In this document: one piece after another, positions 30,769 through 38,170 of the stretch
How positions within the stretch are numbered: the first letter of the stretch is position 1
Layout: every line of letters starts with the position of its first letter
Source: an uncultured Verrucomicrobiae bacterium
GTDB lineage: Bacteria; Verrucomicrobiota; Verrucomicrobiia; Chthoniobacterales; UBA10450
Assembly: GCA_963756875.1 (NCBI GenBank)
Contig: CAVWPA010000001.1
Span: forward strand, 416,001 to 480,000
Length of the DNA: 64,000 bases
Direction: 5' to 3'
The notes under the pieces: model-generated
What the model was told of the DNA's origin: nothing
What the model saw: only the letters and a program-made list of their open reading frames with translations
Databases searched by the model: none
Position numbers and translations under genes: made by a program

Positions 30769-31941
30769 TTACGAGTCGGCCGGTGTCGGATTAACCTGTG
30801 GTTTTGGCGCGAGATCGTTGTCGATGGTCACAGCCATGCCGTTGCGCAGCTTGAAAACACCCGTGCCAACGATAGTTTCTCCCGCTTTCAAGCCTTTGGT
30901 GACGGAAACAAAGTCGCCCCGGGTCTCGCCAATTCGCACAAATTGCTGCCGGATGGTCTGTGTTTCCTTTTTCGTTTTCGGGTCCTTTTTTTTCTCGATG
31001 ACGAAAACGGAATCGCCATAAGGGGCGTAGGAAACAGCTGTTCCCGGAATCACCAGCGTTTTCTCTTTTTGCGGCAGCAGAACGTCGACCTTCGCGAACA
31101 TGCCCGGATGCAGGGTGTGGTTCGGGTTCTGTAATGTCGCCTGCAGCGAGACGTTGCGCGTTACCGTGTTCACCATCGAATCCATCGCGGTGAGTTTTCC
31201 TTTGAACTCACGCCCGGGAACGGCGTCAACGCGGACCTGCACATCCAAACCCTGACTCAGTTTCTCCAGGAATTGCTCCGGCAACGCAAAATCGACATAC
31301 ACCGGATCGAGCGATGTCAGTTGAACCACCTGCTGACCGGCGGGAATCGTTTGTCCAACGTTCACCAGGCGAATGCCGAGCCAGCCGTCAAACGGCGCGC
31401 GCACCTCTTTTTTCGCGATCATGGAGCGCATGTTGTCCACCGTGCCTTGCTTTTGCTGAAATTTCGATTCGGCCGCATCAAGATCCGCCTTCGAGAGGAC
31501 TTTGCGTCTCGCCAGATCGCGTGTCCGCTCCAGGTCGGACCGCGCCAGTTCCAGGTCCGCTTCCGCCGTGTGCAATTGGGCATCTTCGGAAGAAGTATCG
31601 AGCTTGACCAGCACGTCGCCTTTCTTTGCCTCACCGCCGTTTTGGAACAGCACTTGGCTAACCGTGCCGCCGAGCTCTGCGGAGACTACCGCGCCTTGGA
31701 CGGCGCTGACGGTAGCGACCGCCGAGAGTTTTGGCGCCCAATTTTCCTCCTTCACCGGCGCACTGGTGACGGTTACGGTCGGCATAACTTTCGGGGTGCT
31801 CATCATTTTGCCGATTTGCAACGCCTTGATGCCGACTACGAAGATCAGGATCGTTACCAAGAGTCCGATGGCGATGCCGAGCGCTCCAAATTTTGATCTC
31901 ATTTTAGACTTCGTCGGGGCAGTTTTCGCCACGTCATGCAT
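30769..31941 (-). CDS. RND periplasmic adaptor (MFP) subunit
   Basis: N-terminal TM, lipoyl/hairpin motifs (VRAPFDG), LHPGMFA. Confidence 0.93.
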   Translation of the reverse strand: MHDVAKTAPTKSKMRSKFGALGIAIGLLVTILIFVVGIKALQIGKMMSTPKVMPTVTVTSAPVKEENWAPKLSAVATVSAVQGAVVSAELGGTVSQVLFQNGGEAKKGDVLVKLDTSSEDAQLHTAEADLELARSDLERTRDLARRKVLSKADLDAAESKFQQKQGTVDNMRSMIAKKEVRAPFDGWLGIRLVNVGQTIPAGQQVVQLTSLDPVYVDFALPEQFLEKLSQGLDVQVRVDAVPGREFKGKLTAMDSMVNTVTRNVSLQATLQNPNHTLHPGMFAKVDVLLPQKEKTLVIPGTAVSYAPYGDSVFVIEKKKDPKTKKETQTIRQQFVRIGETRGDFVSVTKGLKAGETIVGTGVFKLRNGMAVTIDNDLAPKPQVNPTPADS

Positions 31942-32563
31942 AAGTTGCTACGGGCTCCGATTTGAACAACAAGCGCCAAAGCCGCCCCGTTACCTCCTGT
32001 TGTCGGGCGCGCCGTTCCGCTGCCGTCATTTCGTGCGGCTGCAACACATCCAGCATCAACATTCCACGCGCGACGGCAAAAATTAGCTCGGACAATTCGT
32101 CGGGCTTGAAACCGTGTGATGCCGTTTGCGCTTCCGGCGAACGCGCGATCAGATCCCTCACGCCGTTCATTGACGTTTGCAGGACGTCGCGCACCAGATC
32201 GGCCACCTGTGGATTGCGCGAGGCCTCGGCGTAAAGGTCGACAACGAAGGCCGAGGTCAGCCGCGGTTCGTTCTCGCAGCAATGCGCGGTGAAAAGAATC
32301 TCCAGCGACTCGAGTAACGTTGGCGCCTGTCGCGCGCGTTCCAGCACATTCGTGATTTCCTTTTTATGCCGGTTGGCCATTGCCGAAATGACGGCCTCCT
32401 TGTTCTCGAAATAGCGGTAGATGAGCCCGACGCTAATGCCGGCCTCGGCGCTGATATCGTGCATGCTGGCCTGGTGGAACCCCCGCTTGGCGAAACAGGC
32501 GAGAGCGGCCCGCATGATTTGCTCGTGGCGGTCTGGAGTGACCTCTGTCTGGGACTGAGCCAT
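31934..32563 (-). CDS. TetR/AcrR family regulator
   Basis: FAKRGFHQASMHDISAEAGISVGLIYRYFENKE HTH. Confidence 0.94.
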   Translation of the reverse strand: MAQSQTEVTPDRHEQIMRAALACFAKRGFHQASMHDISAEAGISVGLIYRYFENKEAVISAMANRHKKEITNVLERARQAPTLLESLEILFTAHCCENEPRLTSAFVVDLYAEASRNPQVADLVRDVLQTSMNGVRDLIARSPEAQTASHGFKPDELSELIFAVARGMLMLDVLQPHEMTAAERRARQQEVTGRLWRLLFKSEPVATYA

Positions 32564-32571
32564 GAAGCCAA

Positions 32572-32599
32572 GACAATGAATGAACGTTCATTCATTGTC
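32572..32599. promoter_or_regulatory. Probable TetR operator overlapping the promoter
   Basis: Perfect 28-bp palindrome GACAATGAATGAACGTTCATTCATTGTC overlapping TTGACA-N17-CATTGT on the minus strand. Confidence 0.85.
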
Positions 32600-32615
32600 A
32601 AATAGCCCCCCTGTC

Positions 32616-32822
32616 TTACGAAGCAGCGTGGTGTACCACTGTGCCTTGAGTCGTCATGTGAACCTGGCTCAGTGGTAACGAACTCGGTTGCTCCGCGAAT
32701 TGCCAGAACGCGAGGACTGCAGTCAGGATGAAAAGCGCGAATAGCGCGGTTTCCAGAATGTCCCGACTCCTTTCCTTTGAGTGGACCACAAGGGCGTACG
32801 TGTATTTCCTTCGGCTATTCAT
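32616..32822 (-). CDS. Small single-TM hypothetical protein (68 aa)
   Basis: MNSRRKYTYALVVHSKERSRDILETALFALF...; the 338-aa ORF call is read-through across the MITE and antisense tilS. Confidence 0.6.
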   Translation of the reverse strand: MNSRRKYTYALVVHSKERSRDILETALFALFILTAVLAFWQFAEQPSSLPLSQVHMTTQGTVVHHAAS

Positions 32823-32995
32823 ATTCGATTTTTGACTCCTGTGTAGCTGTTCGCGTTCGTTGTTAATGTTAAAATTTGATTTTCGCCTTACCTTTCGTCC
32901 GGCGATCTCCGACTCCTCGTTAAGATCTTGTATGCGCGTGAAATCGGTGACTCGCCTCATAAGTGAAGACGCCGCCGAGTTGGCATTTTGTCTAA

Positions 32996-33266
32996 GGAAC
33001 CCGCGTTCCAAATAGGGACTGGTGCGCTGAGTTCCGGCGGGCGGCTGGCAAGGCGCGACGAAAGAGCATAGTCTAGCGCTCTGTGATTGAGGAGCAACGC
33101 CGCCCGCCGCCCGCCGGAACTCAGCCCGGAGGGTTGCTCGATCTTTGCCGCTGCTGCTGCGTTGCTCGTCGGTCGAAGATCCATAAAGGATATTCTCTCT
33201 CCTTGCGCCTTGCAGCAGCACCAAATCTCCGGCAACGCACCCGTTCCTATTTGGAGGACGGGTTCC
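32996..33266. mobile_element. MITE-like non-autonomous element
   Basis: 24-bp imperfect TIRs GGAACCCG-N3-TCCAAATAGG(G/A)AC; two internal inverted GCAAGGCGC...GAGCAACGC modules; no coding capacity. Confidence 0.75.
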
Positions 33267-33326
33267 AAAGTTTGGTGATCGTTGCAGGTTCATGATTGCG
33301 CTTTGAAAATTGGATGCGGCGACCGT

Positions 33327-34361
33327 ATGCATTGGATTCAAATTAAAACGACTTTTGTTCGTGGTTTCCCGCGTGACGAGCGCTACCTCGTGGGCGTTTC
33401 CGGAGGGCGCGACTCGGTTGCGCTGCTCGATTGGCTCGTAGAGAGCGGCTACGGGAAATTGATTGTCTGCCATCTCAATCATCAACTTCGCGGAGGCGCC
33501 GCCGCGGCCGATGCGCGTTTTGTGGAAAGACTCGCCGCCAAATACGACGGGAAGATTGTAGGGCAGGCGCTCCGCCTGCCAAATCCGAAAAACGGCAAGC
33601 GAAGCGCTTGCCCTACAACTCAGACGGCGCATATCGACGTTGAAATCGGAACAATCAACGTCCGCGCGCTGGCCGCGAAGCGGAAAATGTCGATCGAAGC
33701 GGCGGCGCGTGAAGCTCGCTACAAATTTTTCGCACGCACCGCCGCGCGGAAACGATGCCGCACAATCTTTTTAGGGCATCATGCGGACGATCTCGTCGAG
33801 ACTTTTCTAATCAATCTTTTCCGGGGCGCAGGAACGACCGGGCTGGCTGCGATGCGCGCCATTTCCGTTCGCAGCATCGACAATGTAAAGTTGCAGATCG
33901 TGCGGCCGCTTCTCGGCGTCTGGCGCAGTCAAATCGACGAGTACCTGCGCAAACGCGGGCTGAAGTTTCGCGAAGACACGTCGAACCAGGATCTCACGCC
34001 GTTGCGAAATCGGATTCGCAGACGCGTGATTCCGTATCTCGAGAGAACCCTTGGCCGAAACGTTCGGCAGAGCATCTGGCGCGCGGCTGCGATTTTTGCC
34101 GAAGAAGAAAGCTGGGTCGACGACCAATTAGTCGATGCAGGCGGTGCGGACCTTTCAGTCTCGAAACTGCGGGATTTGCCTGTTGCGCTGCAGCGCCGCC
34201 AGATTTTGCAATGGTTGCGCGGGCAGGATGTCGCCGATGTTGGATTCGACGTGATCGAACGCGTTCGCCTGCTGCTCGATCACGACTCAGGCGTGGCCAA
34301 AATCAATCTCCCGCGGGACCGGCACGTCCGTCGCCGCGAGGGGAAGATTTGGGTGGAGTAG
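33327..34361 (+). CDS. tilS: tRNA(Ile)-lysidine synthetase
   Basis: VGVSGGRDS PP-loop, HLNHQLRG, EAAAREARY, GHHADD..ET, VRPLL, RNRIR. Confidence 0.95.
   Translation: MHWIQIKTTFVRGFPRDERYLVGVSGGRDSVALLDWLVESGYGKLIVCHLNHQLRGGAAAADARFVERLAAKYDGKIVGQALRLPNPKNGKRSACPTTQTAHIDVEIGTINVRALAAKRKMSIEAAAREARYKFFARTAARKRCRTIFLGHHADDLVETFLINLFRGAGTTGLAAMRAISVRSIDNVKLQIVRPLLGVWRSQIDEYLRKRGLKFREDTSNQDLTPLRNRIRRRVIPYLERTLGRNVRQSIWRAAAIFAEEESWVDDQLVDAGGADLSVSKLRDLPVALQRRQILQWLRGQDVADVGFDVIERVRLLLDHDSGVAKINLPRDRHVRRREGKIWVE
33556..33618. repeat. GTAG REP pair inserted in frame in tilS
   Basis: TTGTAGGGCAGGCGCTCCGCCTGCC...GGCAAGCGAAGCGCTTGCCCTACAA, 63 bp. Confidence 0.88.
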
Positions 34362-34368
34362 GTTTTTT

Positions 34369-34427
34369 TGTAGCGGCGGTCTATGACCGTCGCAAAGTTA
34401 GTGCGACGCTCGCAGAGCGCCGCTACA
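34369..34427. repeat. GTAG REP pair
   Basis: TGTAGCGGCGGTCTATGACCGTCG...GAGCGCCGCTACA. Confidence 0.88.
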
Positions 34428-34431
34428 GTAT

Positions 34432-35787
34432 TTGAAAATGAGCTCCGACATTCGCGTTCGTTTCGCTCCATCGCCCACGGGCTATCTGCACATCGGCGGC
34501 GCCCGCACCGCCTTATTCAACTGGCTCTTTGCCCGACACCATGGCAACGGGAAACTGATTTTGCGGATCGAAGACACCGACCTGAAGAGAAACACCGAAG
34601 AAGCGGCCGAGGCGATCTACGAGGGACTGCAGTGGCTGGGCCTGAACTGGGATGAAGGCCCGCACGTCGGCGGCGATTTCGGACCCTATTTTCAGAGTCA
34701 GCGCACCGAAATTTACGAACGCTATCTAAAGCAACTTCAGAACGGCGGCCACATCTTCGAGGACCAGGGCGCGCTCCGCTTTCGATCGCCGCGCGAGCAT
34801 GTCGTGGTCGACGATCTCGTCTGCGGCAAGATCGATTTCGATCTCACAAATCCCGGAACGCACCCCGACATGACGATTCGCCGCCCGGACGGTTCGTGGA
34901 TTTTTCATTTCGTCAATGTGATCGACGACCTGGAAATGAAAATCTCGCACGTTATTCGTGGCGAAGATCATCTTTCGAACACGCCGAAACATATTGAAAT
35001 ATTTCGCGCGCTCGGCGCGACCCCGCCGCGCTATGCACACATTCCTCTTATTCTAAACCGCGATGGTTCAAAGATGAGCAAGCGCGACGAGGGCGCGCGC
35101 GTCACCACATACATCGAGCAGGGCTACGCGCCGGAAGCGGTGCGCAATTATCTTTGTCTTTTGGGGTGGTCTCCTAAAGACAACCGCGAAAAGCTCGACA
35201 TCGAGGAGGTGGTAAAGCTTTTCGATCTCGAAAAGATCAATCGCCGCAATGCCGCGTTCGATCTGGATAAATGTTTCTGGCTTAATGGCCAATATATCGC
35301 GCAGATGTCGCTCGATCGTTTTGCAGAACTGTCGCGCCCATTCATCGAAAAAGCGCAGATCAACGTTCCCAGCGAGAAATACCTTCGCGAAGTGCTCGCG
35401 ATTGTGAAGGAGAAGATCAAGCTGCTCAAGGATGTGCCCGAATGGACGATCTACTTTTTCACCGAGGATTACGAATTCGATCCCGCGGCGGTTGAAAAGG
35501 TTTTTGGAAAACCCGGGGCCGCCGAACGGCTCATGGCACTGGGAAACGAATTCGCCGGGATTGAAAGGTGGGATCTCGAGACAATCGAAGGAACCCTCAA
35601 ATCGCTTGCGCAGAAGCTTGGCTGCAAGACCGGCGATCTGGTTCATCCCGCGCGGGTGGCGGTGAGTGGCCGCTCAGTCGGGCCCAGCCTGTATCATATG
35701 CTCGAAGTAATGGGAAAAGAGCGTGTGCTTGCGCGGTTCGATCGCGCCGGCGAGAAATTTTCAAAATCGGCAAGCATGTCATCCTGA
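34432..35787 (+). CDS. gltX: Glutamate--tRNA ligase
   Basis: RFAPSPTGYLHIGG, LRIEDTD, IRGEDH, KMSKR. Confidence 0.97.
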   Translation: MKMSSDIRVRFAPSPTGYLHIGGARTALFNWLFARHHGNGKLILRIEDTDLKRNTEEAAEAIYEGLQWLGLNWDEGPHVGGDFGPYFQSQRTEIYERYLKQLQNGGHIFEDQGALRFRSPREHVVVDDLVCGKIDFDLTNPGTHPDMTIRRPDGSWIFHFVNVIDDLEMKISHVIRGEDHLSNTPKHIEIFRALGATPPRYAHIPLILNRDGSKMSKRDEGARVTTYIEQGYAPEAVRNYLCLLGWSPKDNREKLDIEEVVKLFDLEKINRRNAAFDLDKCFWLNGQYIAQMSLDRFAELSRPFIEKAQINVPSEKYLREVLAIVKEKIKLLKDVPEWTIYFFTEDYEFDPAAVEKVFGKPGAAERLMALGNEFAGIERWDLETIEGTLKSLAQKLGCKTGDLVHPARVAVSGRSVGPSLYHMLEVMGKERVLARFDRAGEKFSKSASMSS

Positions 35788-35913
35788 GCGGAGCGAAGGA
35801 CCTCACCCACGAAGATTTGTTACGCCGAGTATTGAGAACATTCCAGCACCCTGTGTGAGGTTCCTCACTTCGTTCGGGATGACCGCATGCTTGAGCGCTG
35901 GTTCGGAATGACA
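35777..35913. repeat. TGTCATCCTGAGCG-type inverted repeats
   Basis: TGTCATCCTGAGCGGAGCGAAGGACCTCAC with inverted copies at 35855-35883 and 35901-35913; another at 36941-36976. Confidence 0.8.
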
Positions 35914-36845
35914 TGAAAAAGAAACGTGCCAGAGAGATTTACACACTGGCCGACTTGCGAAACTGGCCGGCGCTAACCGCTGACGTGGATCCGCCGATTC
36001 GGCTCGGTGTTTTTGGCGATCCGGCACAGCATTCGCTTTCGCCGCAGATGCAAAATGCGGCGCTGAAACATTGCGAAATCGACATGCAGTACGCGCGATT
36101 CCGCATTTTACCGGACGAATTGCGCGAAGCGCTGAATCTCGTTCGCGAACTGAATTTTGTCGGCGTGAATTTGACTGTGCCTCACAAAATCGCGGCGATG
36201 GAATTCCTGGACGAAACCGTTGATGACACGAAAAAGATTGGTGCCGTAAACACGATCGTGATCGCCGGCCGAAAACTGCGTGGCTTCAACACGGATGGCC
36301 GCGGCTTTTCGCTGGCAATTCGAGAGGAGTTTTCCGTCGATCTTCGCGATATGCGTGTGCTCGTTCTCGGCGCTGGAGGAGCGGGGAGGGCCGTTGCCGT
36401 GCAATGTGCGAAGGAAAGTTGCGAACGTCTTGTCATCGCGAATCGGTCCCCTGAAAAAGCAAAAGATCTCGCAGACGAGCTGCGCGATTTTTTTTCCGGC
36501 CCAAAAGTTTTTGGTCCGGTGCCACGCCTGCAGGCGATTCCGTGGGAGGAATCGGCGATTCGTTTTCAGATCGGGAACGTCGATCTGATCGCAAACGCGA
36601 CTCCGCTCGGATTAAATCGAGTGGACATATCGCCGGTCCCGGCGCGCTTGCTTGCGCCTCACCTGATGGTTTACGACACGATTTATTCAAGCGAACGAAC
36701 GCCGCTTGTCTCGGCGGCGATCGAGGCCGGTGCGCGCGCGGCGAACGGGCTGTCGATGCTGCTGCATCAAGGCGCGCTCGCGTTTGAGATCTGGTTTCAA
36801 CGCGAAGCGCCGCTGGAGATCATGCGCAAAGCGCTTTCGCTGTAG
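35913..36845 (+). CDS. aroE: Shikimate dehydrogenase
   Basis: HSLSP.MQN, NLTVPHK, GAVNT, NTDG, GAGGA, NATPLG, GLSMLLHQ. Confidence 0.95.
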   Translation: MKKKRAREIYTLADLRNWPALTADVDPPIRLGVFGDPAQHSLSPQMQNAALKHCEIDMQYARFRILPDELREALNLVRELNFVGVNLTVPHKIAAMEFLDETVDDTKKIGAVNTIVIAGRKLRGFNTDGRGFSLAIREEFSVDLRDMRVLVLGAGGAGRAVAVQCAKESCERLVIANRSPEKAKDLADELRDFFSGPKVFGPVPRLQAIPWEESAIRFQIGNVDLIANATPLGLNRVDISPVPARLLAPHLMVYDTIYSSERTPLVSAAIEAGARAANGLSMLLHQGALAFEIWFQREAPLEIMRKALSL

Positions 36846-36935
36846 CGGCCCAAAAGCATTCGGGGCCGTTCGAAATAAGTGCGACGCTCATCCGCCTTCG
36901 CGTGGCTACGGCGCGACAGGTAGAGGGCCGCTACA
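36841..36935. repeat. Composite GTAG REP
   Basis: TGTAGCGGCCC...GGGCCGCTACA with nested hairpins. Confidence 0.8.
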
Positions 36936-37020
36936 GATTTGTGAGGTCCCTCGCCATCTACGCGGTTCGGTATGACACGGATGGAGCAGTTTGAGAATGC
37001 ACGGCTTTACTCCATATTAG

Positions 37021-38007
37021 GTGATGGTAAGTGCGGGCGTAAATTTCGCTCCGGACCGGGCTGGCGATTCAATCCGGACTGGCGTTGATCTCGCGGAAGA
37101 GTTGCTCGAGCTCAAGCGGGAGCGGAATGCGGTCATTCTCGCCCACAATTATCAGGTGCCCGAGCTGCAGGATGTCGCAGACTACGTCGGCGACTCGTTA
37201 GGCTTGAGTTTTGAGGCAAAGAAAACGGAAGCGGACGTAATTCTTTTTTGCGGCGTCCATTTCATGGCGGAAACGGCGAAGATCATCAACCCGACCAAGC
37301 GCGTGATTCTGCCGGACCTCGACGCAGGCTGCTCTCTTTCGGAATCGTGTCCACCGGATAAACTGGCGCGATTTTTGAAACAACATGCCGAAAAAGACTA
37401 TTACGTCATCGCCTACATCAATTGCAGTGCTGGAGTAAAAGCGCTTGCAGACGTGATCTGCACAAGCAGCAACGCGGACAAGATCGTCCGGTCGGCCCCG
37501 CCTGATCGCAACATTCTCTTCGTGCCGGACCAGAACCTCGGCGCATGGGTGATGGAGCGTACTGGTCGCAAAATGGATTTATGGCAGGGGACATGTTATG
37601 TGCACGTCGAGTTTACGGCGCGCAGTATCAACCGAATTCGTGAGGAATATCCGGGCGCGCCGGTCGTTGCGCATCCGGAGTGCACTTACGCCGTGCGGAT
37701 GTTGGCAGACGAAGTTTGTTCGACTGAAAAGATGGTGAAGTTCTCGAAAGAATCGCCTGCCAATGAAATCATCGTGGTGACGGAAGCGGGGATGTTGCAT
37801 CGGCTGCGCAGAGAAGTCCCGGACAAAACCTTTATTCCCGGGCCGACCGACAATTGCTTCTGCGGCGAGTGCAGGTTCATGAAAATGAACACGCTCGAGA
37901 AAGCACATGCGGCGCTCCTTAACATGGAGCCAGAAATCATTTTGCCGGAACCTGTGCGCAAGCGCGCGGAGCTGCCTATTCTGCGAATGCTCGAACTGAG
38001 CAAATAA
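37021..38007 (+). CDS. nadA: Quinolinate synthase A
   Basis: ILAHNYQ, FCGVHFMAETA, AGCSL, YINCSA, AHPEC, C..MKMNT. Confidence 0.96.
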   Translation: MMVSAGVNFAPDRAGDSIRTGVDLAEELLELKRERNAVILAHNYQVPELQDVADYVGDSLGLSFEAKKTEADVILFCGVHFMAETAKIINPTKRVILPDLDAGCSLSESCPPDKLARFLKQHAEKDYYVIAYINCSAGVKALADVICTSSNADKIVRSAPPDRNILFVPDQNLGAWVMERTGRKMDLWQGTCYVHVEFTARSINRIREEYPGAPVVAHPECTYAVRMLADEVCSTEKMVKFSKESPANEIIVVTEAGMLHRLRREVPDKTFIPGPTDNCFCGECRFMKMNTLEKAHAALLNMEPEIILPEPVRKRAELPILRMLELSK

Positions 38008-38029
38008 ATCGCGCGGGGAACGCGATTTA

Positions 38030-38166
38030 AAGCTCCAAACCCGAAGCTCCAACATCCAGAGAAGCTCTAAACTTCAAGCGGCAGTTCTCAGGACTCCGCG
38101 CGTTCAAGTTTTGGAAACTTGATGATTGGAGGTTCTCTGGAGCTTGGATGTTGGAACTTGGTGCTT
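38030..38166. repeat. Inverted arrays of degenerate heptamers
   Basis: AAGCTCC/AACATCC-type units facing TTGGAGC/TTGGATG units; same family as 45824-45957. Confidence 0.8.
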
Positions 38167-38170
38167 CCGG

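Noticed and set aside
32616..33632. 338-aa minus-strand ORF
   Set aside because: Spurious read-through across antisense tilS, a REP and the MITE; only the last 68 codons look like a gene
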